Shown: positions 1 through 9,333 of the stretch, piece by piece
How the letters are laid out: the number at the start of each line of letters is the position of its first letter
Numbering within the stretch: the stretch's first letter is position 1
Source: Alphaproteobacteria bacterium
GTDB lineage: Bacteria > Pseudomonadota > Alphaproteobacteria > Bin95
Direction: 5' to 3'
Assembly (NCBI GenBank): GCA_965205265.1
Contig: CBDBGH010000003.1
Location: 5,216,001 to 5,280,000, forward strand
DNA length: 64,000 bases
Made by a program: the position numbers and the translations under genes
Notes under the pieces: generated by a model
The model's input: only the letters and a program-made list of their open reading frames with translations
Told to the model about the DNA's origin: nothing
Database searches by the model: none

Positions 1-68
1 AGACATGGACGCCGCCTTCCTCGCCGGAGCCATTCTCCGGGAAGTGGACCGACGGGAGGAGGGGCGCG

Positions 69-941
69 GTGCCTCTCGATGAGTTCCAGAAGGGCATAAC
101 CAATCTCCTCAGCGCCAACCGGGACATCGACAGCCCCTTTGCAGGAGGAGCGGTGATCCATCGGCATGGATTCCGGTTGAGCAGGGACCAGGACATCTTC
201 AGCGGCTCCGACGTGACAGACATCGCCGCCCGCGATATCGCCACGCTTGAGGAGGCGGACTATGAAATTTTCGTCCAGCGCCGATATGACAGCTTCATCG
301 AGTGCCATGTCGTCAAGCCCGGAGAAGGCGCCACTGTCCTGCAATGGACGCAGGCGTTGAGCCGGGAATTCTACCAGCCCGTGCCCGACGACCGGTTCGG
401 ATACCGGCTGCATTTTGCCGACCTGGCGGCGAACAAGGCCCTTGCCGGGGCTACACGATCGGCGGTGAGGGACTTTGTCGACCTCTGGATGCTGGATCGG
501 CACGTCCTCCCCTTGTGGCGTATTCTGTGCGCCGCGCCCGGGAAGGATCCTGACTTCAATCCATTGTCGATGATCGAGAGGATGCAGTTCAACTGGCATA
601 TGGCCAAGACCCGGGATGCGGAGGAGTATTTGGCGACTATCGACCGTTCTCCCGAGAGTATGGGACTTTCTCTTCTCGACAGCCTCCGCGATGCGTCCGG
701 GATCCTCAAGGACTTGCCTGAGGAGCACTATGGGCGTCTGCAGGTCCGGCCGGACGGCCAGCCCGTTCTGGCGCGCGAAAGCGGGCAGGACGGGCAATGG
801 GTAAAGCCGGCTGTCGGCGGCGGCATGCCGTCCTTCGAGGGCAGCGATGGCGAGATGATTGCCGGACTCATCGAAGAATACGGTCCGGAGGGCCGCGGCC
901 ATGCGGAAGAAGCGGATGACCGGTTCACCCGCGGTTGGTAG
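69..941 (+). CDS. AbiEii/AbiGii-like nucleotidyltransferase
   Basis: FAGG...RLSRDQDIF (GG plus DxD) and the later DLAANKALA..R..VRDFVDL motif typical of AbiEii-type NTases. Confidence 0.65.
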   Translation: MPLDEFQKGITNLLSANRDIDSPFAGGAVIHRHGFRLSRDQDIFSGSDVTDIAARDIATLEEADYEIFVQRRYDSFIECHVVKPGEGATVLQWTQALSREFYQPVPDDRFGYRLHFADLAANKALAGATRSAVRDFVDLWMLDRHVLPLWRILCAAPGKDPDFNPLSMIERMQFNWHMAKTRDAEEYLATIDRSPESMGLSLLDSLRDASGILKDLPEEHYGRLQVRPDGQPVLARESGQDGQWVKPAVGGGMPSFEGSDGEMIAGLIEEYGPEGRGHAEEADDRFTRGW

Positions 942-1179
942 CTGCGGCGGCGCGTGAGACGAACAGGACGGCGTGGGAAACGAGGCGCCAGAACCTGTTT
1001 TTCCGGCAATTGAATCGAGCAGACTCAATGCGATAGATCGAGCGCGTTATAGCGCCTGTGCCGACTGTGCCACAAAATTCCGAGCGCCTCTCAGAAATTC
1101 CGAACGCCTCTGTAGGGACATATACGCGGGCGCCCGCTTGCCCTATATCCGCCTGCCGACGACAAGCGACCGGCGCGGG

Positions 1180-1473
1180 CTCGACCGGCTCGACCGGCTC
1201 TACCGGGCCTTGAGGGATGCGGGCGTCCACGAGCCGGGCGAGCCCGCGCCGGTCGTGCTGGAGGCGCTGCTCGACGACCTCAACACGCCGGCCGCCATCG
1301 CCGCCATGCACGAGACCGCGACAGCGCTCAACCGGTCCGAGGACGCCGGGGAGAAGGCGGCGCGGCGCTCGCGCGACTTCGCGCGGGCGGACGCGATCCG
1401 GGACGATCTGGCCGCGCGCGGCATAGCGCTCGAGGACGGGCCGGGAGGCACCGCCTGGCGGCGGACAGCCTGA
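1180..1473 (+). pseudogene. cysS: C-terminal fragment of cysteinyl-tRNA synthetase (DALR and anticodon-binding tail)
   Basis: LDRLYRAL...LLDDLNTPAAIA...RDFARADAIRDDLAARGIALEDGPGGTAWRR; the catalytic N-terminal part is absent. Confidence 0.7.
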
Positions 1474-1486
1474 GGAGGAAAGAGCG

Positions 1487-1699
1487 ATGCGGTTCCGCCT
1501 TCACGACGCGGCGGGTATTGCGGACATAGAGGTTCCGGTCTCCGTCATCGTCATCGCCGGCTGGTCCGGACGCGACCGGGCGGCGGACCTCGGTTCGATT
1601 CTTCGGGCGGTCCTGTATGCAGTCGGCATTCTGGATGGGATGAGTCGTGCGATTCCCGGATTGCGGCCTACGCCGCGGCGCGCCCGTCCGGCCAATTGA
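1487..1699 (+). pseudogene. Possible N-terminal fragment of a DUF2848-like protein
   Basis: Good RBS (GAGGAGG) and VIAGWSGRDRAA motif, after which the similarity is lost. Confidence 0.3.
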
Positions 1700-2909
1700 G
1701 CGGCGTGGATGAGCGGGTGGAAAAGCGCGGTGGTCCGGGGCGGGTTTCCTCGACAATCCGGTCGACGACGGCCCGCAGCGCCTCTAGCTCGCCGGCGCCG
1801 TCCAGGCGGAGGAGATCGTAGAGTTCCACCTGGCGGTCAGCCCCCGAGCCTTCGCGGAGGATCCTCTCGATCCCGCACAGTTCGCCATCGCAGCCGAGTG
1901 CACGGGCGTCGTCGGCGACTTCCACGAGCAAGGCCTCGATACTGTCGGCTATGTCGATGCGCCCGCCGCGCCCGGAATCGCAGAGAAAGGCCAGCGTGCC
2001 ATAGCGCTGGGCCAGCCAGCAGTTTTCGGCAATGAGTTCCGTCGGCGGCTCCGGGGGAAGCGTCCCGGCACTGTCCCGGTGCAGCAGATGGCGCAGCGTC
2101 GAGGCATAAAGCGCCGCGAGCGCCACGGCGTCGTCCAGATCGGTGCAGATGTCGCACGCCCGGATCTCGATGGTGGGATAGGCGTGCGAAGGCCTGATCG
2201 TGAACCAGATCTGGCTGCTGTCGCGAATGGCCTCGACGCTGCGGTACATGTCCACCAGGGCGTCGAAATCGGCCTGGGCCGAAAAGACCGGCGGAACACT
2301 CGTGCGCGGCCAGGCGCCGAACAGGAGCGGCCGGTAGGAGCGGCAGCCGGCAAAGCCGCCGGTGTAGAAGGGAGAGGAGGCAGAGAGCGCGATGAACAGC
2401 GGGAGGTGACGGCGGAAGGCCGTCATCACCCGAAGGCGCGAGTCGGGGTCGCCGAAACCGGCATGGATATGCATGCCACTGGCGAAAGAGCGCCGGGCGA
2501 CGTCCTGCATCTCGACCTCGAACTCGCGGTAACGCGGTTCGGGGGTGACCACCTGGTCCTTCCAGGACGCGAAGGGATGGGTCGAGGCAGCCATGGCCCG
2601 GGCGCCGTGGGCTTCGGCCGCCCGGACCACAAGGCTACGGGTTTCGGTCAGCGCCTGGCGCAACTCGGCGATGGACCGGCACACGCGTGTCCCCGTCTCG
2701 ATCTGGGACCGCAGAAGTTCGGGAACCACCTTGTGCGGGCCGCGCTCACGGATGCATTGCTGCATGATCGCCGGGTCGGGGTCGGCGATCACATCGCGGG
2801 TTTCCGGGTCGACGAGGAAGAATTCTTCCTCGATGCCGAAGGTAAACTCCGGCCCGGAACCCGCGGCCGGACGGTCATCCGTTTCAATCTCTCCTGACGA
2901 CATGGTCAT
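1668..2909 (-). CDS. ybdK: Carboxylate-amine ligase / glutamate-cysteine ligase family 2
   Basis: FGIEEEFFLVD, GMHIHAG, ALSASSPFY, IRPSHAYPTIEIRACD motifs. Confidence 0.9.
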   Translation of the reverse strand: MTMSSGEIETDDRPAAGSGPEFTFGIEEEFFLVDPETRDVIADPDPAIMQQCIRERGPHKVVPELLRSQIETGTRVCRSIAELRQALTETRSLVVRAAEAHGARAMAASTHPFASWKDQVVTPEPRYREFEVEMQDVARRSFASGMHIHAGFGDPDSRLRVMTAFRRHLPLFIALSASSPFYTGGFAGCRSYRPLLFGAWPRTSVPPVFSAQADFDALVDMYRSVEAIRDSSQIWFTIRPSHAYPTIEIRACDICTDLDDAVALAALYASTLRHLLHRDSAGTLPPEPPTELIAENCWLAQRYGTLAFLCDSGRGGRIDIADSIEALLVEVADDARALGCDGELCGIERILREGSGADRQVELYDLLRLDGAGELEALRAVVDRIVEETRPGPPRFSTRSSTPLNWPDGRAAA

Positions 2910-2956
2910 GAAGAACTCCTCTTTTTCGTTTCACGATATGCTGGATATGCATGGCA

Positions 2957-3190
2957 TCACGATGTCATGGCCCGCAGCGCCGTATGGATACGGTGGGCGT
3001 CCCGGGCGGCCGCGCTGGCCTCTTCGCGAATCCGCGGGCGCTTGGTCTGTTGAGCGAGCTGGAGTTGGCGGGCGCGTTCTTCGGCGACGGTTTCCGTGGC
3101 CTGATGCAGCCATAGCGGGTCGGTCGGGCAGGTGCCGCCGTCGACCATGCTCCGGATCATGTCGAAAGGAATCCCGCGATTGGCGGTCAT
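2957..3190 (-). CDS. Hypothetical protein
   Basis: Short ORF with RBS (GAGGAAG), part of a minus-strand run of small genes. Confidence 0.45.
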   Translation of the reverse strand: MTANRGIPFDMIRSMVDGGTCPTDPLWLHQATETVAEERARQLQLAQQTKRPRIREEASAAARDAHRIHTALRAMTS

Positions 3191-3284
3191 GGCTGTTCTT
3201 CCTCACGCTCGGTATCGAATTCGGTGCGGCGCCCGGCGGGAAGGCACCCGTCCTCCCGCCGGGTTGCCGTCGCCGCCAGCCCGG

Positions 3285-3500
3285 TCATGGAAAGTCCGGT
3301 TGCGGGCCGTCGGGGTCGAAATCGGTGACCGCCTGCATTTCGTGGGTCTGCGCAAGACCCAGGGCGGCACGCTTGACGAAATGGCTGGCGGTCACGCCCT
3401 GGTCCGAGGCGGCTGTCGAGAGGCGGTCCCACTCGCTTTGGGTGACATAGACGGGGATCGTCCGGCCTTCCCTGTTGCCGCCGTTTCCCGGCGTTGCCAT
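3285..3500 (-). CDS. Ribbon-helix-helix / MobC-like small DNA-binding protein
   Basis: TIPVYVTQSEWDRLSTAASDQGVTASHFVKRAAL fits the RHH pattern; ends QPDFP. Confidence 0.5.
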   Translation of the reverse strand: MATPGNGGNREGRTIPVYVTQSEWDRLSTAASDQGVTASHFVKRAALGLAQTHEMQAVTDFDPDGPQPDFP

Positions 3501-3535
3501 CAGCCGACGCCGGTGGGCCCCCTTCTTCCGCCCCA

Positions 3536-3772
3536 TTATGGCGTCTCTCCGGCCCTGGCCGAATCCGTCGCGCCGGCGGCCGACTGCATCGCGGCAATGG
3601 CTTCCTGGACAAAATGGCTTAATGGCTGCATGTCGGCTTCGGGTGCCGACCCGCCCGTGCAGATCAGCGTTCTGTCGGGCAGGTGGCCGTTGTGGAGGCC
3701 TTTGGCGACGAGGTTGAGGGCTTTCGCCACCTTGTCCCAGGCTTCGGGTGAAAGGGTCGTTCCCGCACTCAT
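3536..3772 (-). CDS. Hypothetical protein
   Basis: RBS AAGGAG, ATG start, operonic position; ends GETP. Confidence 0.55.
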   Translation of the reverse strand: MSAGTTLSPEAWDKVAKALNLVAKGLHNGHLPDRTLICTGGSAPEADMQPLSHFVQEAIAAMQSAAGATDSARAGETP

Positions 3773-3934
3773 TCGAAATCTCCTTGTGTCGGGTGGTTGA
3801 GGAAAAGCCGGTCGAGAAGGACGCGCGCCGGCAATGTCGGGAGCGTCCGGTTGTTGGTTGTGCTGGTCTTCCGTCGGCTTCTCCGGAGGACCTTCATGCC
3901 GGGAGTGTCTCGAGATCCCGGAGTTCGCGGCCGT

Positions 3935-4351
3935 TCATGTCAGGAGCCCGGCGCGCCCGTGGCCGTCGCCGGGGGCCGGCGTGGCCGTCCAGCCAGGTTC
4001 GACAAGGCCGCCGAGGACGGGCTCCATGTCGTAGAGATGACGTTCACGGAGCGCCTTGAGGCCCGCTTCGGTAAGCCGTACCGGGCGGGCGGCGCGCGCG
4101 CGGTCCCACTCGCCGATGTCGAACCAGTCCTCATGCTGCTGCCAGCGGTTCATGATCTCCATGCCGGTGAGCAGGTCGACGCGCAGCTCGTCGAGGCCCT
4201 CGGGCAGCCGGTCCCTGTTCCAGGGGCTGAACCAGAGCGTGCCGAGGTCGCGCATGCGTTCCATGATCTGCCAGTCCCCGTCGCGGATTGCTCGGGCCCG
4301 TTCGCGGGCGAGGGGGGCGTTGTCGAGGTTTTTCCGTGTCCTTGAGGTCAT
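3935..4351 (-). CDS. Hypothetical protein
   Basis: 138 aa with protein-like composition, operonic position. Confidence 0.6.
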   Translation of the reverse strand: MTSRTRKNLDNAPLARERARAIRDGDWQIMERMRDLGTLWFSPWNRDRLPEGLDELRVDLLTGMEIMNRWQQHEDWFDIGEWDRARAARPVRLTEAGLKALRERHLYDMEPVLGGLVEPGWTATPAPGDGHGRAGLLT

Positions 4352-4362
4352 TGGGCGCCTCG

Positions 4363-4677
4363 CTATCCGGATACCTGCCGGATTGCGGCCGCGATGACCG
4401 CGTCAACGAAGGAATTGTAGATAAAGGGACCGGAACCGATGGCCCCGGCAATGACGAATTTGGAAAGCAGGGGCGGCGGGCGGTCTCCATCGGGCGTCCT
4501 GTAGGCCCTCCATACCGCAACGAAGACGAGGAGGCCCGCGAGCGCAAGGAAGGGAATGTGTCCCGCGAAGGGGATGACCGGAATCGACTGGACCAGAAGG
4601 ATCAGGTCCGGAGGCGGGCAGTCCGGGCAATCGGTGTCCGAAAGCAGCCATGCGGCGATCGAGGCCGGGATGCTCAT
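4363..4677 (-). CDS. Small membrane protein
   Basis: Two hydrophobic segments and a CPDC motif; ATGA overlap with the upstream ORF. Confidence 0.5.
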   Translation of the reverse strand: MSIPASIAAWLLSDTDCPDCPPPDLILLVQSIPVIPFAGHIPFLALAGLLVFVAVWRAYRTPDGDRPPPLLSKFVIAGAIGSGPFIYNSFVDAVIAAAIRQVSG

Positions 4678-4982
4678 TGTCGTGCCCCGGTTCCCGGATC
4701 GGGGCGGTTTAGCCCCGTCGGGTCGATCCCCAGTTCCTCGGCCTTTCTGCGGGCGGCCACGACAAGTGCCGTGGCCGCCTTCCATTCCTGGACCGTGGAG
4801 GCGTCCAGGCAGGCCTGCAATGCCGTCTGGGCCTGGGCATGAACCGAATAGGGGACATAGGGGACGCCGCTGCCGCGCTGATCGCCGGGCCGCCTCTCGT
4901 GGCTGTGCCAGAGGCCGCCGTCGGCGGTAAAGTCGTCCGGTGGCAGCACCCGGACGAGTGCAGGGGGGCCGCCGGCTGTCAT
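4674..4982 (-). CDS. Hypothetical protein
   Basis: ATGA overlaps on both sides (translational coupling). Confidence 0.5.
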   Translation of the reverse strand: MTAGGPPALVRVLPPDDFTADGGLWHSHERRPGDQRGSGVPYVPYSVHAQAQTALQACLDASTVQEWKAATALVVAARRKAEELGIDPTGLNRPDPGTGARQ

Positions 4983-5197
4983 GCGGCCTCCTCGGCGTCG
5001 CCGGGGTCCGGCGTTTCCTCGGCGGACCGCCAGGCCATGGCATTGTGCTCCGCGCAATAGGGCTGCCCGGGCGCTTTGGGAGCGCGGCAAAAGCGGAATC
5101 CGGGGTCCTGAGGGTCTCCGATCGGCCAGACACAGGCGCCGGGCGAAAGCTCGCGATCGATCTCGAGGTCCTGGTCCGGCGTGCGTGCGTCAGCCAT
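4979..5197 (-). CDS. gcrA: GcrA-like protein, C-terminal Cys-rich domain only
   Basis: CVWPIGDPQDPGFRFC..P..PGQPYCAEH..MAW is the GcrA C-terminal signature; the N-terminal HTH is missing. Confidence 0.75.
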   Translation of the reverse strand: MADARTPDQDLEIDRELSPGACVWPIGDPQDPGFRFCRAPKAPGQPYCAEHNAMAWRSAEETPDPGDAEEAA

Positions 5198-5405
5198 CGT
5201 CGGCACCCCTGTCCTCCTCGATGCTCCTGCGGATATGCGGGAGACCCTGTTCGATGCAGGCCCTGGCAAGCTCGGCGACCGTGACGCCGGCGCGGCGGGC
5301 CAGGGCCTGCATTTCGCGGAAGTCGGACGGCGTCAGCGAGAGGTTGAGCCGTTCCGTCAGCGGTTCGCGGGACCCGAGGAGCCGTCTTGTTGGTTTTCGT
5401 GTCAT
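5190..5405 (-). CDS. Ribbon-helix-helix transcription regulator
   Basis: RLNLSLTPSDFREMQALARRAGVTVAELARACI; first gene of the operon; CATTTTG repeats at its start. Confidence 0.55.
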   Translation of the reverse strand: MTRKPTRRLLGSREPLTERLNLSLTPSDFREMQALARRAGVTVAELARACIEQGLPHIRRSIEEDRGADDG

Positions 5406-5460
5406 TTTGTGCTACACATTTTGACACAATGTCTGCGCGGCGTCAAGAGGGAAGAGATCG

Positions 5461-6246
5461 GTGTCGGACAAGATGGCGGGAGAGCGGGCGGTTTCGCCCC
5501 GGCCGGCCGCGCCGCTAGATGGCGGGCCTGTGCTGCTGCTCGATATAGACGGGGTTTGCGCTCCGACAGGGCAGAACGGGCGGTTCGATATCAGGTGTCC
5601 GCCGCCTGGCTTTGCAAGCACCGGACATATCTCCCTGCACTGTCCGTCGCATCCTCTGTTGCCGCAATGGCTGTCGGCGCTTGAGAGCGCTTTCCACCGG
5701 GTAGGGTGGATTTCGTCCTGGGGTCCGATGGCAGCGGATTTCGCCCGGCAGGTGCGGTATCCTCCCGGTATTGAATGGCCGAGCCTGTTCCCCGCCGGAG
5801 GAAGGAAGGTGGACGGCTGTCTGGACTGGGTTGCAAAGGACACGCCGCTGGCGGTTGTCGACGACCAGCTGTGCGCCGAGGATGCCCTGTTTCTCGAGAA
5901 GCTGTTCTGTCTGCGGGAAGCGCCGACACTGGTCATCTCTCCCGACCCGGCGGTCGGCCTGGGCGGAGCGCTGGTCGAGATCCTGTGCGACTTCGCGGCG
6001 TTTCCGGGAAAGGCGCGGTTTGAAGGCCGGTTTGTATGGGTGATATATGCCATCAGGATGTCAGGTGGCTGTCTGGCCGGGATGCCGATCCGCATGGCTG
6101 GCCGACAAGGCGGGCCAGGGGACGTCGGCTTGCGGCCGGCGAGAAAAGCCATTTCCTGCATAGCGATGCAGATCTTCCCCCTCTGGATGACCGGGACATT
6201 CGCCGGCGGGAACCGCGATAACGCGGGCGGCACTCAGGCCGGGTGA
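5461..6246 (+). CDS. HAD-superfamily protein (Swiss-Army-knife RNA-repair-like)
   Basis: LLLDIDGV, WISSW, K, VVDD and P.VGL motifs; the 3' end may be extended or degenerate. Confidence 0.55.
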   Translation: MSDKMAGERAVSPRPAAPLDGGPVLLLDIDGVCAPTGQNGRFDIRCPPPGFASTGHISLHCPSHPLLPQWLSALESAFHRVGWISSWGPMAADFARQVRYPPGIEWPSLFPAGGRKVDGCLDWVAKDTPLAVVDDQLCAEDALFLEKLFCLREAPTLVISPDPAVGLGGALVEILCDFAAFPGKARFEGRFVWVIYAIRMSGGCLAGMPIRMAGRQGGPGDVGLRPARKAISCIAMQIFPLWMTGTFAGGNRDNAGGTQAG

Positions 6247-6482
6247 GGCTCCGGAAGGGAATCGTGGTCGTCGAGAGCGGCTTGCCGGGACGCGACGGCG
6301 GTCTCGCAGGCCGTGATGATCCTGTGGTAGTCGTCGCCGTCTAGGATCCGTTCGACGCCGAGGATGAAACAGAGCTGGTTCGCGATGACCCGGGTTGCGG
6401 CGTTGGTGTTCCAGCAGTCATTGCGTTGCGAGTATATGCGATCAGGCAAGGAAGCGGGCAAGACAATGATGTCCGACGTCAA
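6234..6482 (-). CDS. Hypothetical protein
   Basis: Protein-like 3' part of ORF 6234..7148 with possible TTG start; ends LPEPHPA. Confidence 0.35.
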   Translation of the reverse strand: MTSDIIVLPASLPDRIYSQRNDCWNTNAATRVIANQLCFILGVERILDGDDYHRIITACETAVASRQAALDDHDSLPEPHPA

Positions 6483-6492
6483 TAAAAAGTGG

Positions 6493-6538
6493 TTGCAATG
6501 TGGTGCAAACAAGTGTATATGTGATGTAATTGTGGTGC
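6493..6538 (+). promoter_or_regulatory. Putative sigma70 promoter with direct-repeat operator
   Basis: TTGCAA-17nt-TATATG in an AT-rich island; TGTGGTGC at 6499 and 6531. Confidence 0.45.
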
Positions 6539-6559
6539 TACAATTGAGGAGTCTGCCGG

Positions 6560-6880
6560 ATGACGGCAGCGTTGGACAAACCGGGTTGCCTCGACAATGT
6601 CTTCGTTGTCCGCGAGACGATCTGCTCGTCCTGCATCTACCGGAAGAGCAGCCTGCTCGATCTGGAGAAGCTGGAGTCGGAGGTGACCGACCGGTACGGC
6701 GGGATCGTCGGCTACAGGATCTGTCACCACCACGGGGAGGACAGGAACGGCCGGGGCACCTGCTGCCGCGGCTTCTGGAACCGGCACTGGAACAATTACG
6801 CGCCGGCGCGCGTCGCGAAACTGTTCGGCCTGGTGCGGTTCTCGGACGAGGGCGACTTCTGGACGGCAAGGAGTGGGTGA
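6560..6880 (+). CDS. Cys/His-rich hypothetical protein
   Basis: RBS GAGGAG; CSSCIY, ICHH and CCRGF motifs. Confidence 0.6.
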   Translation: MTAALDKPGCLDNVFVVRETICSSCIYRKSSLLDLEKLESEVTDRYGGIVGYRICHHHGEDRNGRGTCCRGFWNRHWNNYAPARVAKLFGLVRFSDEGDFWTARSG

Positions 6881-7133
6881 GCGGCGGAAACCGCCGGGAC
6901 CGCCGGCGACGGTGTTCTACGTGCCGACGACGGAGGAGCTGCGTGCGAGGGTAGGCAATCTGAGCGCGTGGGCCCGGCGGCTGCGGGTGAGCCCGCGATA
7001 TGCCGGCAACATTCTGAGACGCCACGGCGGAAGGGCGGTCGATCTCGGAAGGATCTGGGGTGAGGACAGTCGCGTGATCCTGCGCGAGGCGGCCGCCGCC
7101 ATGCAGGATCCGTCGCAGGACGAAAGGGAATGA
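6873..7133 (+). CDS. Hypothetical (possible HTH) protein
   Basis: Overlaps both neighbours; LSAWARRLRVSPRYAGNIL resembles an HTH. Confidence 0.45.
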   Translation: MGERRKPPGPPATVFYVPTTEELRARVGNLSAWARRLRVSPRYAGNILRRHGGRAVDLGRIWGEDSRVILREAAAAMQDPSQDERE

Positions 7134-7621
7134 CAATGAAGCATGCATTCACCACGATAACGGCGGCTGCGGCCGCCCTGTTTCTGGCGGGCTGCGGGCC
7201 GGACCAGGGTCCGAAACAGAACCTGGGGACCATTCTGGGGGCCGTCGGCGGGGCTGTGCTCGGCAATGAAGTCGGGAAGGGCCGGGGCCGCAAGGTGGCC
7301 ATCGCGGCCGGGACGCTGATGGGGGCGATGCTCGGCTCGCGCCTGGGCAGGGATCTCGACGAGGCCGACCGGATCATCGCCGACCGGTCGACGCGGAACG
7401 CCCTGGAGACGTCGCGGTCGGGAGACCGCACGGTCTGGCGGAACCCGGATAGCGGTAATTCGGGCTGGGTCGTGCCGACCCAGACCTGGGAAGCCTCGCC
7501 GGGGCGGTATTGCCGTGAGTTCCGGACGGGGATCACGGTCGGCGGCCGGCAGGAGACGGCTTACGGGACCGCCTGCCGCCAGCCGGACGGCAGTTGGGAG
7601 ATCGTGCAGCCGGGAGCCTGA
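7130..7621 (+). CDS. 17-kDa surface antigen-like lipoprotein (glycine zipper 2TM)
   Basis: Lipobox LAGC, glycine zipper, WRNPDSGNSG, CREF...YGTACRQPDGSW. Confidence 0.9.
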   Translation: MTMKHAFTTITAAAAALFLAGCGPDQGPKQNLGTILGAVGGAVLGNEVGKGRGRKVAIAAGTLMGAMLGSRLGRDLDEADRIIADRSTRNALETSRSGDRTVWRNPDSGNSGWVVPTQTWEASPGRYCREFRTGITVGGRQETAYGTACRQPDGSWEIVQPGA

Positions 7622-7832
7622 CGGTCGGCTGCATCTCGAGATGCCTCGTAGCGGAGAAGCGCAGTCCGTGTCATCGGTCGTCGAGGAAGCGCAGAGGATC
7701 GCGATGGCCTTTCCCTGTCGACTGGCCGTCGAAGCGGGACATCCGCGCTACAGGTGGGTCTGCAACGGCCTGGTGCTGCGCATGACCGTCAATACGGGCT
7801 ATGAGTGACTGGAGGAGGGTTTCGGCGGGTCC

Positions 7833-8135
7833 GTGTGGCATGCCTCGATCAGCTTCCGGCGCCGGAGGTCCCGCCGCCAGTACCGGGCGGCCCTGCTCGC
7901 GGCCCTCAAGGGCGTCGGAGACCCTTCAAGGGAGTGGAGCGACACCAGCCCGGACGGCACGGTGTTTCACCTGCGCCGCCGCCTTACGGAGCCTGAGGAA
8001 TTGCGGGCGGGTTCGCCCGCCGACATCCGAGGAACGGACGAGGCGGTGCGCCGGCAGGCGGAAATGGCCCGGGTGCTCGGTTGGCCGCTTCGGCGGGCGC
8101 AGGACCTTGACAGGCCGGACGGTATTTTCTCGTGA
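7833..8135 (+). CDS. Hypothetical protein
   Basis: WHASIS...GVGD..REW...FHLRRRLT..E; protein-like, start uncertain. Confidence 0.5.
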   Translation: MWHASISFRRRRSRRQYRAALLAALKGVGDPSREWSDTSPDGTVFHLRRRLTEPEELRAGSPADIRGTDEAVRRQAEMARVLGWPLRRAQDLDRPDGIFS

Positions 8136-8181
8136 CCCGGTTATCCTGTCTGCGGGCGGCACAGGAAGGAGGCAGTCGATC

Positions 8182-8931
8182 ATGAAAATGTCGGTGGAGG
8201 AATTCGTGCGTGCCCGGGATAAGGGAAGGCGCGTGTTCGCCGGCGTCGAACTGCCTCCCGGCTCAAGCCTGGCAGGCGAATGCCTGGAGGATGTCATCCT
8301 GGTCGGGGCTGTCCTTCGCGGGGTCGATTTCAGCAGGGCGGATCTCGGCGGCGCCGACCTTACCGGGGCAAATGTGGAAGAGGCGGACTTCAGTGGCGCC
8401 CAGCTGGAGCATGCCGTTCTGCACGGCGTGAGGGCTGCGCAGGCGAGATTCTCGGGCGCCGGCATGCAGGGCGTGCTGATGCGCGGGGCCGATGCGTCCG
8501 GAGCGCGCATGGACAATGTCCGGTTCAGCTACGGGGACCTGTCGGCGATCGCCGACCTGTCCGGGAGCGTGCTGAACGGGGCGGACCTGTCCGACTCGCT
8601 GATGAACGAGGTTTCGTTTCGCGGCGCCAAACTCCAGGATGCGGACCTGACCGGTGCAAGGGCCATGCGGACCCTGTTTGTCGAGGCGGACCTCCGTCAG
8701 GCAAGGCTCGTGGGCGTGACGGGGCAGGCGGCTCTCTTCTTGAAGGCAGATCTGACGGGGGCCAGTCTGGCGCAGGCCCGGCTACCGGACGCGGACTTCG
8801 CGTCGGCGGTGATGAGATACACCAATGTGGATTCCGCCGATCTGCGGGATGCGAAATTCGATAATGCGGCGATGGACGATGCGGTGCGTGCAGCCATCGT
8901 GCAGACAGAACCGGCCGGGCCGGCCCCTTGA
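8182..8931 (+). CDS. Pentapeptide repeat protein
   Basis: A(D/N)L/F-xx repeats; RBS AAGGAGG; ends EPAGPAP. Confidence 0.9.
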   Translation: MKMSVEEFVRARDKGRRVFAGVELPPGSSLAGECLEDVILVGAVLRGVDFSRADLGGADLTGANVEEADFSGAQLEHAVLHGVRAAQARFSGAGMQGVLMRGADASGARMDNVRFSYGDLSAIADLSGSVLNGADLSDSLMNEVSFRGAKLQDADLTGARAMRTLFVEADLRQARLVGVTGQAALFLKADLTGASLAQARLPDADFASAVMRYTNVDSADLRDAKFDNAAMDDAVRAAIVQTEPAGPAP

Positions 8932-8965
8932 GGGGCCGCGGGCTCCACAGGGAAGGCATGCGGAA

Positions 8966-9286
8966 ATGGAAAGCAGGTTTGACGACAGGCCGGCATCCAG
9001 GCGGCCATCGGCAAGCGCCCCTCCTGTTCTCGAGATCGGCTGGGACAACGGGGCCGTGATCTATCCGGTCGGGGTCGAAACCGGAATCTCCGAAATCTAT
9101 GTCCAGAAGCGGTTCCATTCCGAGGCGGTGGACGCCATTCGGGCGTTGCTGCGGGTCATGGGAAGGCCGGAAGAGGGCGGAGAGGCCGCGCTGGCGCGAC
9201 GCAAGGCCGAAACGGTGCTGTTTCGCGAGGAGGCGTACCGTCTCGGTTCGAGGCCGGACGGGCTGCCGGTGAATTGGAGGTGCTGA
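8966..9286 (+). CDS. Hypothetical protein
   Basis: Fills the gap in the operon; stop overlaps the next ATG. Confidence 0.45.
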   Translation: MESRFDDRPASRRPSASAPPVLEIGWDNGAVIYPVGVETGISEIYVQKRFHSEAVDAIRALLRVMGRPEEGGEAALARRKAETVLFREEAYRLGSRPDGLPVNWRC

Positions 9287-9333
9287 TGGGCGCGCCCGAC
9301 CACCGCCTCGGAATGGAACCGCTTCTGGACATA
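9098..9333. repeat. Perfect 34-bp inverted repeat (9098-9131 and 9300-9333)
   Basis: TATGTCCAGAAGCGGTTCCATTCCGAGGCGGTGG and its exact reverse complement 168 bp downstream. Confidence 0.9.
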
